From Pachysolen tannophilus NRRL Y-2460 (taxonomy: Eukaryota): a stretch of DNA of 64,000 nucleotides. Within the stretch, counting starts at the first letter, position 1, and each line of letters starts with the position of its first letter. Made by a program: the position numbers and the translations under genes. Below are positions 58,594-64,000 of this stretch, piece after piece. The notes under the pieces are model-generated. The model saw only the letters and a program-made list of their open reading frames with translations, did no database searches and was not told the DNA's origin. The stretch is from assembly GCA_001661245.1 (NCBI GenBank), contig KV454017.1, positions 713,903-777,902 on the forward strand, in the 5' to 3' direction.

Positions 58594-60069
58594 ATGTCCG
58601 ATATATCAGATGAAGATGAAGCGTTTCTCTATGGGTCCGATACTGAAAAGATCAATTCTGTAGAGGCAAATGCGAAAACGATTACCGCTGTAGACGATAA
58701 GAAGAAGCTGGATGATGTGGATGAAGGTGATGATGGCGTTTATGCTGATGGATCTGAAAGTGAATATGAATCATCTGATGATGATATTGAGATTGTGGTG
58801 GACTCGAATGATAAGAAGACAGGTTTGGGTTTGGCAAGAGCAAGTGGTACCTCTACTACCACAGCTGCTTCTGACGAAGCAGCTGTTTCAGGAGTGGTGC
58901 TGTCAGCTAAAGATGGTCAACACTCGCTGCAACAACAACAACAACTGCACCAACAACAGCTGCAACTGCAACAGTTACCTTCAATTGACATTGACCAAAT
59001 ACCAGAGTACCAGGGTAAACCGCTAACTCAGTTGGATATTGAGAAATTACAAAATAAACCATGGAGATTACCTGGTGCAGATATTACAGATTATTTTAAT
59101 TTTGGCTTTAATGAAGTAACTTGGATTTATTATTGTACAAAACAAGATGATAAAAGACAAAAATATAACCCTCAGAAACTTTTGATGGATTTAATGACTG
59201 CTAATAATAACAATAATGGAATGGGTAACTCTTCCAATGATGGCCAACAACTTCCTCATCCTCCTCAACCTCCTACAATGATGAACCCAATGGCATTCCC
59301 GCCAATGATGGGCCCAGGAATGATGGGGATGCCAGGTATGCCACCACCACCAATGGGTATGCCTTTTGGTAATGGCTTCAATCCCGCTTTCAACATGAAT
59401 AATAACATGATGCGTAATAATATGGGGCCTAATATGGGCGCTAATATGGGAGCTAATATGGGATCCGGTATGGGATCCAGTATGGGCCCTAATAATGGAG
59501 GCAACAACGGTGCAGGTTCTGGTGCCAGTGGCGGAGTCAATGGTAATAGCGGCATGAACATGAATAACATGAACAATTCTAATAATTATAATGAAAAACC
59601 TTTAGTACCGAACTTGAATTTGCCAAAAATTCCAAATGCAAGATTACCTCAAATACCTGGTCAACAACAGCAGCAGCAACAACAACAACAACAACAACAA
59701 AGGAGACAAACACCTGTAAATCAGCAATCGGATCAAAGATCTTTGACTCCTCAATTACAACACCCTCAACCACAACAGGCAAAAGATGGTGCATCTTTAC
59801 CTTCAGTCCCTCCTCCTCCTCCTCCACCGCCACCTCCTTTGGAAGGTAATGATGATAGTGGTAATTCTTCAAACGATCCCCTGAAATTTCCTCAAGGCCC
59901 AAAAGTTTACCTGGATAAAGAGATAGAAAGAGAAAGAAGAGATAGGCAGAAGGAAAGAGGTGGTACTGCAACTCCTACTACTAATAACGGCAATTATCGT
60001 GAAAGAGAAGAACCCTCTAATTCTTCTAAAACTACAAATAAAAGAAACTATAAAGGAAAACGTCGCTAG
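58594..60069 (+). CDS. FIP1: Pre-mRNA polyadenylation factor
   Basis: Acidic N-terminus and Fip1 motif KPWRLPGADITDYFNFGFNEVTW, followed by low-complexity P/M/N/Q tracts. Confidence 0.92.
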   Translation: MSDISDEDEAFLYGSDTEKINSVEANAKTITAVDDKKKLDDVDEGDDGVYADGSESEYESSDDDIEIVVDSNDKKTGLGLARASGTSTTTAASDEAAVSGVVLSAKDGQHSLQQQQQLHQQQLQLQQLPSIDIDQIPEYQGKPLTQLDIEKLQNKPWRLPGADITDYFNFGFNEVTWIYYCTKQDDKRQKYNPQKLLMDLMTANNNNNGMGNSSNDGQQLPHPPQPPTMMNPMAFPPMMGPGMMGMPGMPPPPMGMPFGNGFNPAFNMNNNMMRNNMGPNMGANMGANMGSGMGSSMGPNNGGNNGAGSGASGGVNGNSGMNMNNMNNSNNYNEKPLVPNLNLPKIPNARLPQIPGQQQQQQQQQQQQQRRQTPVNQQSDQRSLTPQLQHPQPQQAKDGASLPSVPPPPPPPPPPLEGNDDSGNSSNDPLKFPQGPKVYLDKEIERERRDRQKERGGTATPTTNNGNYREREEPSNSSKTTNKRNYKGKRR

Positions 60070-60390
60070 TTTTTATTTTTTTACTTTTTGCTTTTCCTTT
60101 TTTATTTTTTTTCCTTGTATATTATGTATTTGAACTTAGAGTTAGCTTTAATGATTAGCACTGTTTAATGAACATTATTATGTTTTAATATTTGTAAAAA
60201 AATTATCTTTTATAAGTGAAAAAAAATCATAGGAAAATTCCCGTAAATTAAACAATAACTGTACAAAATTAAAAATACAAGATAGTAATATAAAAATTAG
60301 AAACATAAAAAAAAAAAAAAAAAAGAGTTTGACTCTTTAACTGTCTTCCACGTCGGTTATTAAAAATTAAACAAAACTAAAATATTACAA

Positions 60391-63300
60391 TCACAAATTC
60401 ATCTTACTGCTTAAAGTCTTAACCCAAGGCTGTCTAGCAAAATGATTTCTGTTAATAACTTCTTCCAAAACCTTTATCCACTCTAATCTCTCAATTTGAT
60501 TCTGAGCACCAAAATCAATAATTTCTCCATTGGCAAATTTCATTCTAAATCCTTCATTCAATAACAAAGAATCACTGATATTTCTTGAATTAGAATTCTT
60601 CAATATTTTTTCCTTTGGATTTTTCTTTATAATTTCGCCTTGCTCCTCTTTTCCCAAGTAAATTAAATCAACAACTTTTGTTAAATTTATTCTTGCTCTT
60701 GTTTTCAAAGTAACATCATTGTGTGCAATAAACGTTGAACCTTGTAATTTGAAAAATCTTCTTTTGAAGTACAGACAATCCCCTCCTTCTTGGAACAAAT
60801 ATCCTTCATGGTATACGGACATCTGTTTTCTCAATTCTTCAACTTGTTCATAAGCTGACTTTATAGATGTTGGTAGAATTTCATATTGGGAAGTTCTAGG
60901 TATAAATAACATACCTAGTTGCAAAGTTCCAATCTTGAAAGCATTAAATTTATTCTGGTCTCTCCATTCATTAATTAAAGGAATATCAAAGACATTTGCC
61001 TCACCAGTGATTCTATGTTCAAAATCGGAGAAATCAATCCTACATTTAGCAAAAGATCCATCATTTGCCATTACAGAATCCCATGAATCTTTTTCTGCTG
61101 CTCTAGTAACAAATTTTGTCCTAGTTATGACCTGCTTGCTTCCAAACAATCTCCCAAAGAAAGATTTGGATCTCACTACTTCTTTCTCTTTGACTTCAAC
61201 CAACTGATCCTTTGGTTTTGAATATTTGGACTTCAAAGTTAAAACAAATGACAATTTTGCTCCAACTATTAATTCAAATTCTTTGTCAATTGGAACATTC
61301 TGCCCGAGACTGAAATACTCAGTTTTAATACGATGAATTCCATTATCTAAGATTATGCAAAACTTTGCATCATGACTTTTAACATCAGGTAAATCAATTT
61401 TTTTAAGACTCTTAATATTAACGAAAAGTCTACCACTCTCACCATTTATCAACTTTGGTTTTGTTCGAAATTCTGGAAACAGTTTCTTTTCCTGATTACC
61501 TAAACTATTGATTCTTGATTTTGAGGAAACATGCAATGGTTGTAATTTATTATAGTCATTTCGTGTCTTAGTTAATTCAGCATAATGATGCTTTCCATTA
61601 TAGTCTTCTAAATCTTTATGCAGTGGACTTTTTATCTCAGTGCCGAGTAATTTATCTTCTGTAAGATCTTTTTCTTTGATCCTCTCAAAATTAGGCGATG
61701 CTGTATGGTTGCTTACTGATTCAAATCCTTCTTCATCGATGTTTCTGAGAACAGTGACAGTACTTTCCACATCCCCATCATCTTTATAATTGTTAGCACT
61801 GAAACTTGCAACCTCAACTGCAGCTTGCTGTTGGGGATGCAGGCCCGTATTCTGAACTTCGACAGTCGAGTGAACATTCTTAAAAGTATAATCTTCATTG
61901 GTTCTAATATTTACAGTGTCTGATGAACTGGAGGAATTTTTATGTTCGTGCACACTTCTGACACTTCTGATAGTTCCACTTCTCCAAATATTTTTAACGG
62001 CCCTGTTCAAAACACTTGGAGATAATTCTGAAGGAAACATATCTTGGGAATTGTAAAATTCGTCTTTGTCCGCTGGATCAACCTTGATACCATATTCTTT
62101 GAAGTCATCACCGAAATCAGAGTCTGCGGACGTATCCTCTAGTTCAATATATTGAAACGTGTTTGTAAGTCCATCATCTCCTGTAATCCCGAGCCCTTGG
62201 ACTTCAGATTTCTCAACATACTCTGAATTCTTCCTAGATGAAGAATTGGCGAATCCACTTCCTCCCATTGGGAAAAATCCATTGTTGCGTGTATAGCTTA
62301 TAACTCTTTGGCCTAACAAATTAACCTGTTTTGGAGATATATTTCTTTTAGCCAAATTGTCAGCTTTCGGTGTCATACTGGTAACATTCACACCACACCT
62401 TGTGGTTTGATGCTTTGGAATATGTTGATACTCAGGTTGCGACTGCCAAATGGATAATACCTCGAATTGGGGAGTTGTTTCTGTATTGGTGTTACTCAGT
62501 GGAGAAGAAATCTTTCTTTTACTATAACTGTTAGTGGAATTGTTTGATAAAGTTGATTCGTCACTCAAGTCCAAATAGTGAGGATCTTCCTCAAATTGTG
62601 GATATGGTAACTCAAATTCTGTTTTCGAGATTTCTGCAAAGGAAGAATCACTGTTTGAATCTATCGCTGTTCCAACTTTATCCTCCTCAAATTCTTCAGC
62701 AATATCCAGCTCAGTGGAGTTTCCTAAAATTTCTTGTTGTTCCTGATTTGACGCAGGTAAGCTTGGATTAGTACCAAACTTATCTTTTTCCAAAATATCA
62801 TCTTCCTGTGAATCCAAAATATCATTTGAATCTAGATTTTTTAAACCTTCGTTTTCCTCTGTCTCTTGAGCAATTTCCAGACTCTTCTCTGTATTCATAT
62901 CTTCGTTCATTATTGAAATTTTGACTTGTTTCTGGTCAGAATCATTGTCTGCTTCTTTATCAGAGTCCAATTTAAGGCTTGCTGATTTTGTATCATTGTA
63001 GATCGATGACACCTCATTTTGATATAAGGAATCACCCGCAACATTGAGGTTCTCAGACTTTACAATATTAACCAGATCTGGACTCTCCACATTCGAAACA
63101 TCTTTAGGACTTATTATTTCTTTGAAATTATCGGTCAATAATTGACCAACTTCCGAAGGTGATAAGGCTTCAGTTGTTGAAGATTTTTTTTGGTGAGTTT
63201 TCAGTAATGATTCCTCGGTTATGACATCTTTTTGTTCATTTTTACGAATATTAGTATCCAACAATTCGATTATTGATTTTTCTGCACTTATAAAATCATC

Positions 63301-64000
63301 GCTATCATCTGTTGTTTTAAGACTACCAAATCTATCTTCAACCACGTCTTGTCCAAACACTACAGGCTCACGAATTAACTCTTCAACGATTTGATCATCA
63401 AAACCTTTAACACCGTCTTTCATTATTATTGGAGCACCAACAAGCCCCATATCACTGTTTGTGAACAAAATACGTTCATTTGATAAAATTGACAGCTGAG
63501 ACAGAATAGAATTGGATCTTTCTAAGGACAATTTTAATGAATGATTTGAATCTGTATTTCTAACATTTGTTACGTATAAATTTGATAGATCCGAGTATGC
63601 TTGTTCTTGATTTAATGATACTCGTTTTTCATCATTAAGTAATATATCTTCATAAAAACTACGTTTTTTTCGAAGAGTCTTTTTAATTTTCTGATCTTCA
63701 AGATATCTATCATGGTCATAATCTAAATCTAAATCATTTTTGCAATTATCTAAAACTGCGTTTAATTTTTCTTCTAAAGTCAACTTTTTGGATAAAAGTG
63801 CAACTTCCTCTGTAGTAATATCAAGATCATTAACCCTTGAACATTCACTTGAAGTGTCGCTATCAATGTCAGCAATTGATCTCTTGTCTGGCGATAAAGC
63901 ATTTCCCAATGGAGTTCCTACGAATGACGAATCTGCAGAAGTTTTATTAATAGGTGGTAAAGGTTTATAATGTTTTTTCAATGGTAATGCTTTCCATTTT
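60391..64000 (-). CDS. BUD4: Anillin-like bud-site selection protein (Bud4/Int1); 5' end lies beyond the window
   Basis: C-terminal anillin-homology region (GRLFV, LDNGIH, EFELIV, DGSFAKC) and PH domain (GYLFQEGGDC, RFFKLQG, FANGEIIDF, RQPW). The frame stays open to 64000. Adjacent to FIP1 as in S. cerevisiae. Confidence 0.88.
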   Translation of the reverse strand, partial: KWKALPLKKHYKPLPPINKTSADSSFVGTPLGNALSPDKRSIADIDSDTSSECSRVNDLDITTEEVALLSKKLTLEEKLNAVLDNCKNDLDLDYDHDRYLEDQKIKKTLRKKRSFYEDILLNDEKRVSLNQEQAYSDLSNLYVTNVRNTDSNHSLKLSLERSNSILSQLSILSNERILFTNSDMGLVGAPIIMKDGVKGFDDQIVEELIREPVVFGQDVVEDRFGSLKTTDDSDDFISAEKSIIELLDTNIRKNEQKDVITEESLLKTHQKKSSTTEALSPSEVGQLLTDNFKEIISPKDVSNVESPDLVNIVKSENLNVAGDSLYQNEVSSIYNDTKSASLKLDSDKEADNDSDQKQVKISIMNEDMNTEKSLEIAQETEENEGLKNLDSNDILDSQEDDILEKDKFGTNPSLPASNQEQQEILGNSTELDIAEEFEEDKVGTAIDSNSDSSFAEISKTEFELPYPQFEEDPHYLDLSDESTLSNNSTNSYSKRKISSPLSNTNTETTPQFEVLSIWQSQPEYQHIPKHQTTRCGVNVTSMTPKADNLAKRNISPKQVNLLGQRVISYTRNNGFFPMGGSGFANSSSRKNSEYVEKSEVQGLGITGDDGLTNTFQYIELEDTSADSDFGDDFKEYGIKVDPADKDEFYNSQDMFPSELSPSVLNRAVKNIWRSGTIRSVRSVHEHKNSSSSSDTVNIRTNEDYTFKNVHSTVEVQNTGLHPQQQAAVEVASFSANNYKDDGDVESTVTVLRNIDEEGFESVSNHTASPNFERIKEKDLTEDKLLGTEIKSPLHKDLEDYNGKHHYAELTKTRNDYNKLQPLHVSSKSRINSLGNQEKKLFPEFRTKPKLINGESGRLFVNIKSLKKIDLPDVKSHDAKFCIILDNGIHRIKTEYFSLGQNVPIDKEFELIVGAKLSFVLTLKSKYSKPKDQLVEVKEKEVVRSKSFFGRLFGSKQVITRTKFVTRAAEKDSWDSVMANDGSFAKCRIDFSDFEHRITGEANVFDIPLINEWRDQNKFNAFKIGTLQLGMLFIPRTSQYEILPTSIKSAYEQVEELRKQMSVYHEGYLFQEGGDCLYFKRRFFKLQGSTFIAHNDVTLKTRARINLTKVVDLIYLGKEEQGEIIKKNPKEKILKNSNSRNISDSLLLNEGFRMKFANGEIIDFGAQNQIERLEWIKVLEEVINRNHFARQPWVKTLSSKMNL

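Overview
A 64-kb AT-rich stretch of a budding-yeast (Saccharomycotina) nuclear chromosome with about 30 protein-coding genes: ARP8 (partial), ATM1, EMC6, TMA22, PRO3, ILM1, a divergent MNN10-like gene, JHD2, ATP2, PHO84, RTF2, COX14, a cysteine-less Grx6/7-like gene, a divergent importin-alpha, a YOL075C-type ABCG transporter, UTP14, PRE8, U2AF1, ERG13, MSC1/ISH1, GTR1, ERG9, MDL1, an orphan ORF, TAF13, SLD1, GOS1, SDH2, FIP1 and BUD4 (partial). Ten genes have a 5'-proximal spliceosomal intron that the ORF track misses, and EMC6 and COX14 are absent from the track altogether. There is one 279-N assembly gap. I found no tRNA, rRNA, transposon or CRISPR array. The strongest signal is that in-frame CTG codons sit where orthologues have alanine, so the organism most likely uses the CUG=Ala nuclear code (as in the Pachysolen clade) and the supplied translations are wrong at those sites. 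This code is already described. Other items of interest are a 565-nt ATP2 intron with nested long-range pairings, a U2AF1 with a degenerate second zinc finger alongside atypical splice sites, and several genes with degenerate catalytic or binding motifs. Orthologue comparisons are from memory, not from database searches.
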